From Gemmatimonadota bacterium (GTDB taxonomy: Bacteria; JBHIER01; G020348925), in the NCBI GenBank assembly GCA_020348925.1, contig CP070758.1, positions 576,469 through 640,468 on the forward strand: DNA of 64,000 nucleotides. Reading direction: 5' to 3'. Within the stretch, counting starts at the first letter, position 1; each line of letters opens with the position of its first letter. Position numbers and translations under genes: made by a program. This document shows, in pieces, positions 41,237-50,330 of this stretch. Under the pieces are notes generated by a model, which did not search any database, was not told the DNA's origin, and saw only the letters and a list, made by a program, of their open reading frames with translations.

Positions 41237-41808
41237 GTCCACTGCCTCCTTATAAAATGAGCCGCTGCATAAGCACCTACAAAAACGGAAATCATGAAAA
41301 TCCAGCTCCCGACGCTCAGGAGCGCACCGCCGGTCAACGCCTGCCCACTGGTGCACCCGCGGGCCATCTTGGCGGCAAAACCCATCAGTGCACCACCACC
41401 GAATGCGAAGAACAACCTGCCGGTCGAAGAGATCCTCGGTCCTCGGATTATCGACACCCGTAATCTTCCGGCAAGAAGGCCGGAGAGAAATCCACCGACG
41501 AGAACACCGAGAATTTCGAAAACGAGCCAATCCTTCAGAGGATTTTTGTTTTCGAGATACGTGCTGTACATTCCGTTCGCCTGCGCATGCTCTGGAGCTA
41601 ACGTGTGAACAGCCGTTGACACGATCGCCGTGTATCCTCCCGAGGCCCCCAGGCCACGACCCATTATGACAAAAGCGGCCAGCAGCGTAAGCCCCAACCC
41701 GATCCCGGCGAGATACGGATTCCAATACCTCCGAGGTGCTTTCTTCGTTCTTTCTCCTTCCTCCAAATCCGAACCGTACGTCTCGATATCATCACGTTCA
41801 GAGTACAT
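41233..41808 (-). CDS. YeeE/YedE family transporter (half-size)
   Basis: YWNPYLAGIGLG, GLGASG, ARGCTSGQALTGG. Confidence 0.9.
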   Translation of the reverse strand: MYSERDDIETYGSDLEEGERTKKAPRRYWNPYLAGIGLGLTLLAAFVIMGRGLGASGGYTAIVSTAVHTLAPEHAQANGMYSTYLENKNPLKDWLVFEILGVLVGGFLSGLLAGRLRVSIIRGPRISSTGRLFFAFGGGALMGFAAKMARGCTSGQALTGGALLSVGSWIFMISVFVGAYAAAHFIRRQWT

Positions 41809-41827
41809 ACCCCCTCCTTGGAGTCTG

Positions 41828-42760
41828 TTATTGATACGGTCGTATCTTCACAGGCTCTATTACCGGTAAAGTCTTATCACCGGTCCATTCCTGAAATGAG
41901 CCGTCGTAAAAGCGAACGTCATACCCGAGATACTTGGCCGCAAAGTAAACCGGGCTGGCCCATATTCCCGTACCGCAGTAGATCACTAAAACCGAGCCCG
42001 GTTTCGCACCGTTGTCCGAAAATATCTCGGCCAATTCCGCCGCATCTTTCAATTGAGACGGCGAGTCCTCAGTCATCAACTCAAAGAACGGTATATTGAA
42101 TGCTCCGGCAATATGTCCGCGTCTCTTAGAATGACTATCCCTTTCAATACCGGTGTACACCTCCTCCGGCCTGGCGTCTATGATGACGATATTTGGATTT
42201 CTGATATTGTCGTTGATCCATTTTCCATCGACAAAAACATCCGCATTCGGTCGAGGAGTATAATTTCCGGTTAATGCTTCCGGTAATTCTGCTGTCAGCT
42301 TCCGATTTTCGGCTTTCCATCGAGGAAACCCACCTTGAAGCATCGACGTACTGTCCCCCAGACCAGCATAATCCAGGGTGAGGAGAAGGCGGGTGGCCAA
42401 CGAAATTCCTCTTGATTCCGCATAATAGACCACAATCCTTGAAGTGTCACTCACCCCTGCTGATTTCAGAACGGAATCGAGTTTTGCGATGGGAGGCCTT
42501 TCGTGAAAGAGCCCATTCGGGGAATTCACAACAACCTCAAGCAGCGAAAAAATACGCGCACCAGGAATATGCTCCTTGTCATACCCCTCCTTTCTCCCGA
42601 CATGCAGGAGCAACAGAGAAGGATCGGCCAAGTGTTCTTCCAACCATTGCGTCGTGACAAACATTGATTCAACCGGACTTTTGCCGGAGACGGTTGATAT
42701 TGAAATGCATGAAAAGATGAGAATGGCTGCGATCGTAATCCTAAATCCCGGTTTATTCAT
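41828..42760 (-). CDS. Periplasmic two-domain sulfurtransferase (rhodanese/MST-like)
   Basis: Signal peptide; HIPGA; IIDARP; GHIAGA; active loop YCGTGIWAS; YDGSFQEW. Confidence 0.92.
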   Translation of the reverse strand: MNKPGFRITIAAILIFSCISISTVSGKSPVESMFVTTQWLEEHLADPSLLLLHVGRKEGYDKEHIPGARIFSLLEVVVNSPNGLFHERPPIAKLDSVLKSAGVSDTSRIVVYYAESRGISLATRLLLTLDYAGLGDSTSMLQGGFPRWKAENRKLTAELPEALTGNYTPRPNADVFVDGKWINDNIRNPNIVIIDARPEEVYTGIERDSHSKRRGHIAGAFNIPFFELMTEDSPSQLKDAAELAEIFSDNGAKPGSVLVIYCGTGIWASPVYFAAKYLGYDVRFYDGSFQEWTGDKTLPVIEPVKIRPYQ

Positions 42761-42853
42761 TTTTTCTCCTTGTAGCGTTCACCATTTTTTGAGCCATGAT
42801 ACCCTGATTGCCTCTCACAAGCTCGTTTGGGGGTTCACGATCCTTCGGCCATT

Positions 42854-44746
42854 TCAATCGAGCCTGGTTGCCGGCTGGTCTATACCGTTCTGGTGCAGCA
42901 CGAGGTGGGTGACTTGACCACGGCCGTCTTTCACAAACGTCAATTGCGCATCAATCAAGGCATAACAGAAGTCCGTCTCCGACTCCGCGTACATCTCGAG
43001 CTCCTGCTGACCCGTGAGCTGTGAGTAGAGTTTCCTCCCTTCAGCTTTGACGGAAAGAATGATCCCCGGAACGAACTCATACCGACCGGCGTAGGTTCGG
43101 AGAATTTCCGGATCCAATTCAATCACTTTGCGTCCGGCCGGTGGCTGAGTCTTTTGTGCGGCCGGCTTCCGTGTGTCGGCTTGGGTGGCAGGGGACGATT
43201 CCGTCAGATGTTCACGGGAGAGCATATGATCGAGATTTGCAATTCCCAGGGCCCCCCAAGCGATCACCGTTGCGGAGTGTTTCTGGTACTCGGGAACAAC
43301 CATATCATAGGTGTCGAATTGCGTGTGATGGCATCTCCAGTACGGGGTATCCCCCGACTGATCCCACATAAAGGACGGCACACCGGCCCCCAGAAAAACC
43401 ATGTGATCGCTCATACAAAATGCAGCGCGAGTCGAGCCACAGCCCGCATGTAAGGCCGCTTTTCCGCCAGGGGACGCCTCGGGGCTTCCGTTGCCCGAAG
43501 CGCATGACGGTGTCCTCGGGTTGGGATTGCAGCAGCTTGTAGAATACAAAGGCAGGCGGTCCACCTGTTCTATGTCAAAGGGCATATCCTGGTTCAGGGT
43601 TCTGACAGGAGAAAATATCCCCTCAAAATCTTCCACCATAGCCTCGGTGGCGAGAATGCCGGAAATGTAGTCGCTCCCGTAGTCCATGTTCAGGACGGCC
43701 GAGATTTGTGGCATCAGCTCTGAGTGATCGGCCACATACCCCTTGGAACCGAACAAGCCTTGCTCGTGACCGCCGAAGAGAATAAAGCGAATCGTTCTGC
43801 GGGGCCTGGCTCCGGATTCCATCAGTATTCGTGCCGCTTCCATGGCCGCGGCGACCCCTGTCCCGTTGTCGCAAGCGCCGCTGGCCCCATCCCAGGAATC
43901 CAGATGAGCCCCAACGATCACATATTCATGCGCCAGGTCCGTCCCGGGAATTTCGGCCACCACATTGTAGATGGGAATGGGACCCTTCTTAAAGTAATTC
44001 CGGATGTCAAAGGCGAGAACGACCTCTTCATTTTCAGATATGTAATTCGCAATCTCCTTCCACTCCTGTCCCGGGAGGATGATCACAGGAGTCTCCGGCA
44101 ACGCTTCCCATTCAATAAGATAGTTGCCGAAGGATTGCAGGAGCTCATCATCCACTGATGGAATGAGTACACCGGCTAGAGTGAGATTGAGTTCCTGTCC
44201 CTTTTTCAAATATTCGGCGCTCCTGCCTCTTTTTTTGTCGGGATCCCATACGATCCAAGATCCTTGAAATTCCGAACGTCTCGTCTCCAGTTCATCCACC
44301 GTCTCTGGCCCCATGACGGCACGCGCCACAACCCGACCGCTTGTTCCCGCTGTCCACGCCGGTGTGGTGAAATGGAGATCCTGGGTCACAGGGTTCATGA
44401 TGGATCCGTACGATTGCCCTCGATTGAAGCCGACCGGCATCTCAGCGCACTTCTCCAAATGGACGTTTGTCAAGCCGAAGCTTTGAAACCTGTCAAGGGC
44501 CCATTCACAGGCATTCCGCAGGTTGTCGGAACCCGTCAAACGCGGACCGATCCTGTTGGTCAGATGATCCAGGTGCTCCATGACTCTGTTGTCGTTTCTA
44601 CCAATTGTAAGAATGCGCTCCTGAAGATCCTGACCGTCGACGAGGGCGGATGTGCCGCAGAGGTATCCCGAAATAATAAAAATGATCACTATCATCAAGC
44701 CTGAGTAAGACCTCATAGTGACGAGACTTTCTCTTCCTTTTCTCAT
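42854..44746 (-). CDS. M28-family aminopeptidase homolog with Cys-rich insert and C-terminal DUF3471-like domain
   Basis: IGPRLTGS, GAHLDSWD, DNGTG, FGGHEQGLFGS, NMD, SDH, HHTQFDT; YAGRYEF domain. Confidence 0.9.
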   Translation of the reverse strand: MRKGRESLVTMRSYSGLMIVIIFIISGYLCGTSALVDGQDLQERILTIGRNDNRVMEHLDHLTNRIGPRLTGSDNLRNACEWALDRFQSFGLTNVHLEKCAEMPVGFNRGQSYGSIMNPVTQDLHFTTPAWTAGTSGRVVARAVMGPETVDELETRRSEFQGSWIVWDPDKKRGRSAEYLKKGQELNLTLAGVLIPSVDDELLQSFGNYLIEWEALPETPVIILPGQEWKEIANYISENEEVVLAFDIRNYFKKGPIPIYNVVAEIPGTDLAHEYVIVGAHLDSWDGASGACDNGTGVAAAMEAARILMESGARPRRTIRFILFGGHEQGLFGSKGYVADHSELMPQISAVLNMDYGSDYISGILATEAMVEDFEGIFSPVRTLNQDMPFDIEQVDRLPLYSTSCCNPNPRTPSCASGNGSPEASPGGKAALHAGCGSTRAAFCMSDHMVFLGAGVPSFMWDQSGDTPYWRCHHTQFDTYDMVVPEYQKHSATVIAWGALGIANLDHMLSREHLTESSPATQADTRKPAAQKTQPPAGRKVIELDPEILRTYAGRYEFVPGIILSVKAEGRKLYSQLTGQQELEMYAESETDFCYALIDAQLTFVKDGRGQVTHLVLHQNGIDQPATRLD

Positions 44747-44838
44747 TGAGTTCCTCCTTATCTCTGTGAAGCAGATACTCCGTTCTGGTCGGCCGGGCCT
44801 CCGGCATGGTCAACCGACTTAGTGTCTTGAATCCTTTT

Positions 44839-46002
44839 CTATTCTCCAGTAAGGAATGCTTCGATCTTTTCAATCACCGGTTTCGCGCCGAGATCATAAT
44901 TTGACATGACAGCCACAGTATACCCGGCATTCATGTACATGGCAAGGTGGGAATGTATCCCTGCAGCACCTCCACTGTGACCGATAATGCGTTGGCCGTT
45001 TACGATTCTTTCCTGGAAGAGATAGGCATATTTACGGTTCAAATCCTTCTTGATTTCTCCAGTCATCGTAGGAAGAGCTTCAACGACCTTTCCCTTGGTC
45101 AGTATTTCAAAGTGTTTCTTGTCAAGAAGCTTGTAATTCCGGAGTGCAATATCGAAGCGAAGAAGATCCTCGACGGTCGAATACCCGCCCCCTGCCGGGC
45201 ACCCCTTGGTGGGATTGGCAAAAAGATTATTGTGCCAGCTCTCGTATTGTCCACCGAAAATATTCATTTTGGTGTATCCAATGGCCAGATTCGGAACTGG
45301 TTCATCCATCTCGTAGCACTCGGTATCGATCATCCCTGCCGGTTCGGTCACATGCGATCGGATATAATCGTGATAACTCATTCCGGATATCCTCTCTATG
45401 ATGAGCCCGAGGACCAGGGGTCCGCAATTACTGTATTGAAATCGTTCTCCCGGCTCGAAATCGAGGGGTTTTGTGTTTGTCAAATCATCGAAATCCTTGA
45501 CGGTTTTCAACTGCGCCCATTGAGGGTTCTGAAAAAATTCCATCCAGTAGAGCCCCATACCGGAGGTGTGCGTCAGGAGATGGTGTATTGTGACTTTCTC
45601 TCTCACCTCCCGATTGGGGTAGTCGGGAAGATGCGCCCCGACGTAATCATCATAAGAAAGCTTTCCCCCTTGGACAAGCTGCGCTATCGCCACGCCGGTA
45701 AACATCTTGTTCATGGAACCGAGGTTGAACTTTGTGTCGACCCGGTTGGGAACGCCGTATCGTTTGCACGCTTCTCCTACGGCTCTTTTGTAAATCGGAA
45801 CGCCGTCTTTGGCAACGAGGACTGTTCCCGAGAAACGATCCTCCTCAACAAGTCGGTCGAGACACTCATCAATGACAGTGTTTATCTCTTGAGTTGTTTC
45901 TTCTATGGGAGACGCCTGCAGAAAAATTCCAGAAGAGATAAAGACTATGAAACCACATATGGAGACCGATGTGATTGTATGTAATAACAACGAGAAATTC
46001 AT
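44839..46002 (-). CDS. Serine hydrolase, beta-lactamase/D-aminopeptidase family
   Basis: GSMNK (SxxK), LLTHTSG, YSN, GHSGG. Confidence 0.92.
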   Translation of the reverse strand: MNFSLLLHTITSVSICGFIVFISSGIFLQASPIEETTQEINTVIDECLDRLVEEDRFSGTVLVAKDGVPIYKRAVGEACKRYGVPNRVDTKFNLGSMNKMFTGVAIAQLVQGGKLSYDDYVGAHLPDYPNREVREKVTIHHLLTHTSGMGLYWMEFFQNPQWAQLKTVKDFDDLTNTKPLDFEPGERFQYSNCGPLVLGLIIERISGMSYHDYIRSHVTEPAGMIDTECYEMDEPVPNLAIGYTKMNIFGGQYESWHNNLFANPTKGCPAGGGYSTVEDLLRFDIALRNYKLLDKKHFEILTKGKVVEALPTMTGEIKKDLNRKYAYLFQERIVNGQRIIGHSGGAAGIHSHLAMYMNAGYTVAVMSNYDLGAKPVIEKIEAFLTGE

Positions 46003-46049
46003 ATAGAAACCTCTTTTCGCTAAATCGACTCTTAATGATAATAGGGAGG

Positions 46050-47324
46050 TTAAATTAACCGGCGGAGTTTCAAACGGACTCTCTTTCGTTCTTCATCGCG
46101 CAGAATTTCAAGAGTTACCCAATCGCTTTCATTCTTCAACAACTCTTCGACGTCATCCTCCTTCACATGAACTGCCGGCAGATCATTAATTTCAGTGACG
46201 ACATCATTTGCCCGCAGCCCGGCTTCACTTGCAGGGGAATTCGGCACAACACGGTCAATTATAAAAGTACCCTTGTCAGTTTTTGTCAATTGTACTCCGG
46301 CCATGTTGAATTCGAAGGGATCGTTGTAATGCCTGTTGGGTTCCAGGATCATGAGCTCGTTGGTATAGTCGAAGATGACATGGAATCGACGAAGAACATC
46401 CGTCCCTAAATTTCCCTCCTTTCCCACCCCTCCCCCACCACAGGCAGCAAGTGCACCCGTGCTGAATGATGTCACAACATCCTCCAACGTGTATGGATCG
46501 AGAGTGAGACTCTTGATGCGACCGACGTATCCGTCCACATCACCACCGACACCTGTTCCCAAACGAAATTCGATGGCATTGTCAGGAACAACAATGCTCT
46601 CATGCGCTCCGACACTCAACGAAAGTGCATGGGTAGCCCCAAGATCCACAACAAGTTGCAGTGGAACTCTCTTTCCATCCGTCATTTCCACCGTGCAATC
46701 CAGATACGGAAAACCGCCATTGAAGGAGAGCGGCAGTTCCCGCCCGGAACCTGAGTATTTGAACCCCTCTGGTTCGGTCAGACGAATCACCATCTTCTCG
46801 AAGTCGATCTCAACAACAAAAAGACCGAACAGCGAATACCCGATGACTCCATCCATCTCAAATCGATTCTGAAAGGGATTGTTCGGCATCACGATAACGT
46901 TTTGATCCGTCAACTCCAAGCCGGGAAACTGAATCGTAACTCCCGTTGAAAAGTCGGCAGGAACCGGTTCACCTCCAGCACCACCGACCATGATCTGGCC
47001 CACGGACTCGAGATCAAGCTCCTCCACTCGTGCGTTGTCAAACAACATCGCACCAGGGATGGGACACCCGGTGTCTAAAACCAGTCGAAAATTTTTTCCA
47101 CCCACTTTCGCCTGAACAAGAACTTTATTCCTTTCCAACTCGAAAGGGATTGTTGCACTTCCATTATCGGATAACATCTTATATGTCCCACTCGAAAAAA
47201 CATTACCGCATTGTGCTTGTGTATTGGAATACATATTGGCGAGCAGGAAGACGGAAGTAGAAATTGTGATCAGTGTAAGTACCCTCATTCGTTTCCCCTT
47301 CAAAGGTGTTTGTTCTTCACTCAT
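46050..47324 (-). CDS. Secreted two-lobed aspartyl protease with PDZ domain
   Basis: LVLDTG and VVDLG, DGVIG, GNLG; PNSPASEAGL PDZ. Confidence 0.88.
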   Translation of the reverse strand: MSEEQTPLKGKRMRVLTLITISTSVFLLANMYSNTQAQCGNVFSSGTYKMLSDNGSATIPFELERNKVLVQAKVGGKNFRLVLDTGCPIPGAMLFDNARVEELDLESVGQIMVGGAGGEPVPADFSTGVTIQFPGLELTDQNVIVMPNNPFQNRFEMDGVIGYSLFGLFVVEIDFEKMVIRLTEPEGFKYSGSGRELPLSFNGGFPYLDCTVEMTDGKRVPLQLVVDLGATHALSLSVGAHESIVVPDNAIEFRLGTGVGGDVDGYVGRIKSLTLDPYTLEDVVTSFSTGALAACGGGGVGKEGNLGTDVLRRFHVIFDYTNELMILEPNRHYNDPFEFNMAGVQLTKTDKGTFIIDRVVPNSPASEAGLRANDVVTEINDLPAVHVKEDDVEELLKNESDWVTLEILRDEERKRVRLKLRRLI

Positions 47325-47406
47325 TTTTGCGAAAAGGGATGCAACTGATCAGAGAAAACTCAGTTACATCCCTGTTTTTTGGTGTAAGATAAGTCTAAAA
47401 CGATCC

Positions 47407-49467
47407 TCAGATACTGCGGCCGCAGCAGCTTTGCGTTTTCGAGGATGAACTTCCAGGCGGACAGCAATCCTTGCTCTGAGTCGGGCAGCAGCCGCTCTCC
47501 CCCTGCGGACAACAATCACCATTTCTTTGTCCGGCCGTGCAACATCCTGACGGACAACATCCGCTTGCTTTCGGATCCGGAGTCCCTGTTGTTTTCGAGC
47601 TGTGAGGATAATACCCCGTCTCAACTGATGTGGATTTGATCAGTGAGGATTGTTCCTCGAACAGGAACGAACCGGAGCCGGCAGGCTTCGATGACGTTTC
47701 ATCGTCAACCAAGTTTTCCCTTAAAAGCAGATGATCAAGGTTGGCAACGCCGAGTGCCGCCAGGGCAATCACTGTCGCGGAGTGCTTCTGGTATTTTGGA
47801 ATCACCTGCTCGTACGTGTCCCTTTGCGTATGTGGATAGTATGGAACAGGATTCTCACCCTGCTGCATCCACATGAAAGCCGGCACACCGGCCGCCAGAA
47901 ACTGAGCGTGATCGCTCGAACCCACCGCCTTGACAATCCGCTTGCGAGTAGTAGTAGCTTTCTCCTCAGCGGTCACGTTCTGTTTCGTAAAGGCTTGCCC
48001 TCCGCACCCACCACCTCCACATCCCCCACCTCCCTCTGTGTTTTTCACCAGGGACTGTCCTCCGCAGCCGCCACCCCCACCACCGCATCCTCCTCCACCC
48101 CCGCCTGAATCCGTCACAAGGGAGGGGCTTCCGCAGCCACCACCGCCGCATCCGCTATCGGCTATTTTTTCCTTGATAACAGTTTTGCCAACACCACCAA
48201 CCATCAGTGGAGAACGGGCCGGTCCGTTTCCACAGCAGTCTGTTATTGTCTGGGGCAGGCTCTCGACCAATCCAATTCCGAAAGGCATATCTTCATTCAG
48301 AGATTTGACCGGGGCGAAAATCTCCTTAAAATCCTCCAGCATCGGCTCGGTGGCAAGAATGCCTGAGATGTAATCGGCACCCTGGTCCATGTTGAACATG
48401 GCCGAAATTTTATCCAATTGATCTGAGTGGTCCGTTACATAGGCCCTCGAACCCAGCATGCCCACTTCTTCCCCAGCGAAGAGGACAAAACGGATTGTTC
48501 GTCGGGGACGGATTCCGGCCTCCGCGAGGATTCTCGCTGCCTCCATGGCAGCAGCCACACCAGTACCATTATCCGCAGCTCCCGTGGCTCCGTCGTGAGA
48601 ATCAAGATGCGCTCCGACGATCACATACTCATCCGGCAGCTCGGTACCGGGGATGTCTGCGACCACATTATAAATCGGTATCGGCCCTTTCTTGAAATAG
48701 TTCCGGATATCGAACTCAAGCGTAACCTCCTCACCTTCTCCCAACAGATCGGCTATCTCTTCCCATTCCTCCTGCAGAAGGATTATGCTGGGAGTCGTGG
48801 GTAGGTCGTCCCACTCGAGGCCTCGATAATTGCCAAAAGTATGAATGAATTCCCCCGAAGAAGGAAGGATGACACCTGCTACGTCAAAGTTCAGTTCATC
48901 CCATTTTTCGATGTACGATGCATTCTTCTCCGGGTCGTCGAAGGGACGCCACAGTATCCATCTCCCTTCGATATCCGCACCCATCTTCTCCAGGTCATCC
49001 TCGGATTCGGGGGCAAGTACAGCTCGAGCACTCGTACGACCACGAGTCCCCGCAGTCCAGGCATGGGTCGAGAAGTGAAGGCGCTTGTTCTTCGGCGACA
49101 GAATGGCTCCTGATGAGGTGCCGCGATTAAAGCCGATGGGAATTTCCGCAACCCGCTCCAGATGAGCATTGGACAGGCCGAAGCGTTTAAACTGATCGCG
49201 GGCCCATTCACTGGCTGTTTGATAGTTGTCCGAACCGGTTTGACGGGGTCCTATCCGGTTCGTAAGATGGTTCAGATGGTCCATGACTCTGCTGTCTTTT
49301 GTACCGACAGAAATGATCCGGTCATGAACAACGCCGCTTTCGATGAAGCTGGACTTTCCCGCATGGCTCTTTGCCATCATAGCGTTGTTGGATGTACACG
49401 AGATGATACCTGCGGCCAGAAACACAAAAGCAGCGAAATATACAAGAGTTCTCGATATTTTTCTCAT
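47407..49467 (-). CDS. M28-family lipoprotein aminopeptidase with Gly/Cys-rich insert and Cys-Cys-rich tail
   Basis: Start MRKISRT after GAGGAGG; lipobox IISC; GAHLDS, DNGTG, FAGEEVG, NMD, SDH; tail with six CC pairs. Confidence 0.9.
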   Translation of the reverse strand: MRKISRTLVYFAAFVFLAAGIISCTSNNAMMAKSHAGKSSFIESGVVHDRIISVGTKDSRVMDHLNHLTNRIGPRQTGSDNYQTASEWARDQFKRFGLSNAHLERVAEIPIGFNRGTSSGAILSPKNKRLHFSTHAWTAGTRGRTSARAVLAPESEDDLEKMGADIEGRWILWRPFDDPEKNASYIEKWDELNFDVAGVILPSSGEFIHTFGNYRGLEWDDLPTTPSIILLQEEWEEIADLLGEGEEVTLEFDIRNYFKKGPIPIYNVVADIPGTELPDEYVIVGAHLDSHDGATGAADNGTGVAAAMEAARILAEAGIRPRRTIRFVLFAGEEVGMLGSRAYVTDHSDQLDKISAMFNMDQGADYISGILATEPMLEDFKEIFAPVKSLNEDMPFGIGLVESLPQTITDCCGNGPARSPLMVGGVGKTVIKEKIADSGCGGGGCGSPSLVTDSGGGGGGCGGGGGGCGGQSLVKNTEGGGGCGGGGCGGQAFTKQNVTAEEKATTTRKRIVKAVGSSDHAQFLAAGVPAFMWMQQGENPVPYYPHTQRDTYEQVIPKYQKHSATVIALAALGVANLDHLLLRENLVDDETSSKPAGSGSFLFEEQSSLIKSTSVETGYYPHSSKTTGTPDPKASGCCPSGCCTAGQRNGDCCPQGESGCCPTQSKDCCPPGSSSSKTQSCCGRSI

Positions 49468-49594
49468 AAGCACCTCCTCTCTCATAAAATTACCATGACT
49501 GTCTGACGGCTTTTTCCATCTCAATTCCATGTCTCAGTTTATAACATTCGGACCACCTCCTATTACATCAGATCCCAACTTTATTATTCTCATC

Positions 49595-50053
49595 TTATAT
49601 CCTTGATTCTTGCACTGATCGAACCATGACCGTTGCCGTCTCGGGGCAGATTGTTGAAAATTCAGACGATTCTTTGATTTCGTCCGGGACAGAAGATCGA
49701 TTAACAGCACGAAATCCGAACCGTTTGAAATAGTGGTCGGCATCTGTGGTAATAAGATACACGTCTGACAATTCATTCGCTCTGGCCCATGACAGGCGAT
49801 TCTTTACAAGAGCTTCCCCGATCGATCTCTTTCGCCATTCAGAGTCAACCGCGCAGGAGCGCAGTAAACCGTGCGACCCATAAACTTCGATCCCGGCGAC
49901 TCCGATGATGTGATCTTGGGACTCAGCAACACAGTAGGACTCCTCAAAATGCTCATCAACGCCTTCAAGGGGAAGATTGGAGTCCAACAGCAATCCCTTC
50001 ACACTCTGTTCATCTTTACCCCGTGCAGGTCTTATGTGATATGATCGTTCCAT
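49595..50053 (-). CDS. arsN2: ArsN2-family GNAT N-acetyltransferase
   Basis: LP.EGV, GIEVYG..GLLRS.AV, YLITTDA..YF.RFGF, S.EF..ICP.TA.VM. Confidence 0.8.
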   Translation of the reverse strand: MERSYHIRPARGKDEQSVKGLLLDSNLPLEGVDEHFEESYCVAESQDHIIGVAGIEVYGSHGLLRSCAVDSEWRKRSIGEALVKNRLSWARANELSDVYLITTDADHYFKRFGFRAVNRSSVPDEIKESSEFSTICPETATVMVRSVQESRI

Positions 50054-50129
50054 TTTTCACATTTCAATCGAAATACGTTACACACAGCTTCTCCGGTCCG
50101 TATTCCCTTTGACTCAAAAACTCCCAAAA

Positions 50130-50146
50130 AGTTGCAAATGACAACT
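50130..50146. promoter_or_regulatory. Putative MarR operator upstream of arsN2
   Basis: AGTTGCAAATGACAACT (AGTTG-N7-CAACT). Confidence 0.7.
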
Positions 50147-50330
50147 ATAATTATCCGCAATCACTTCTTTGGAAAAACAATTCCACTTAGAGGTAATGCT
50201 GTACATTGAATGGAAGTGACTGGACCGGAGAAGCCTCAGCCACTTCATTGCTGCGGGCAGTTTTTCTTATCGGAACCGCCTCCTCTGAAGTTTCATACAT
50301 TGTCAGGCATTTGCATCCTTCAGCGGATAT

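Noticed and set aside
41237-41725. N-terminal 163 aa of the 559-aa track ORF
   Set aside because: Overlaps the upstream YeeE gene in another frame; the probable start is 41236 after GGAGG
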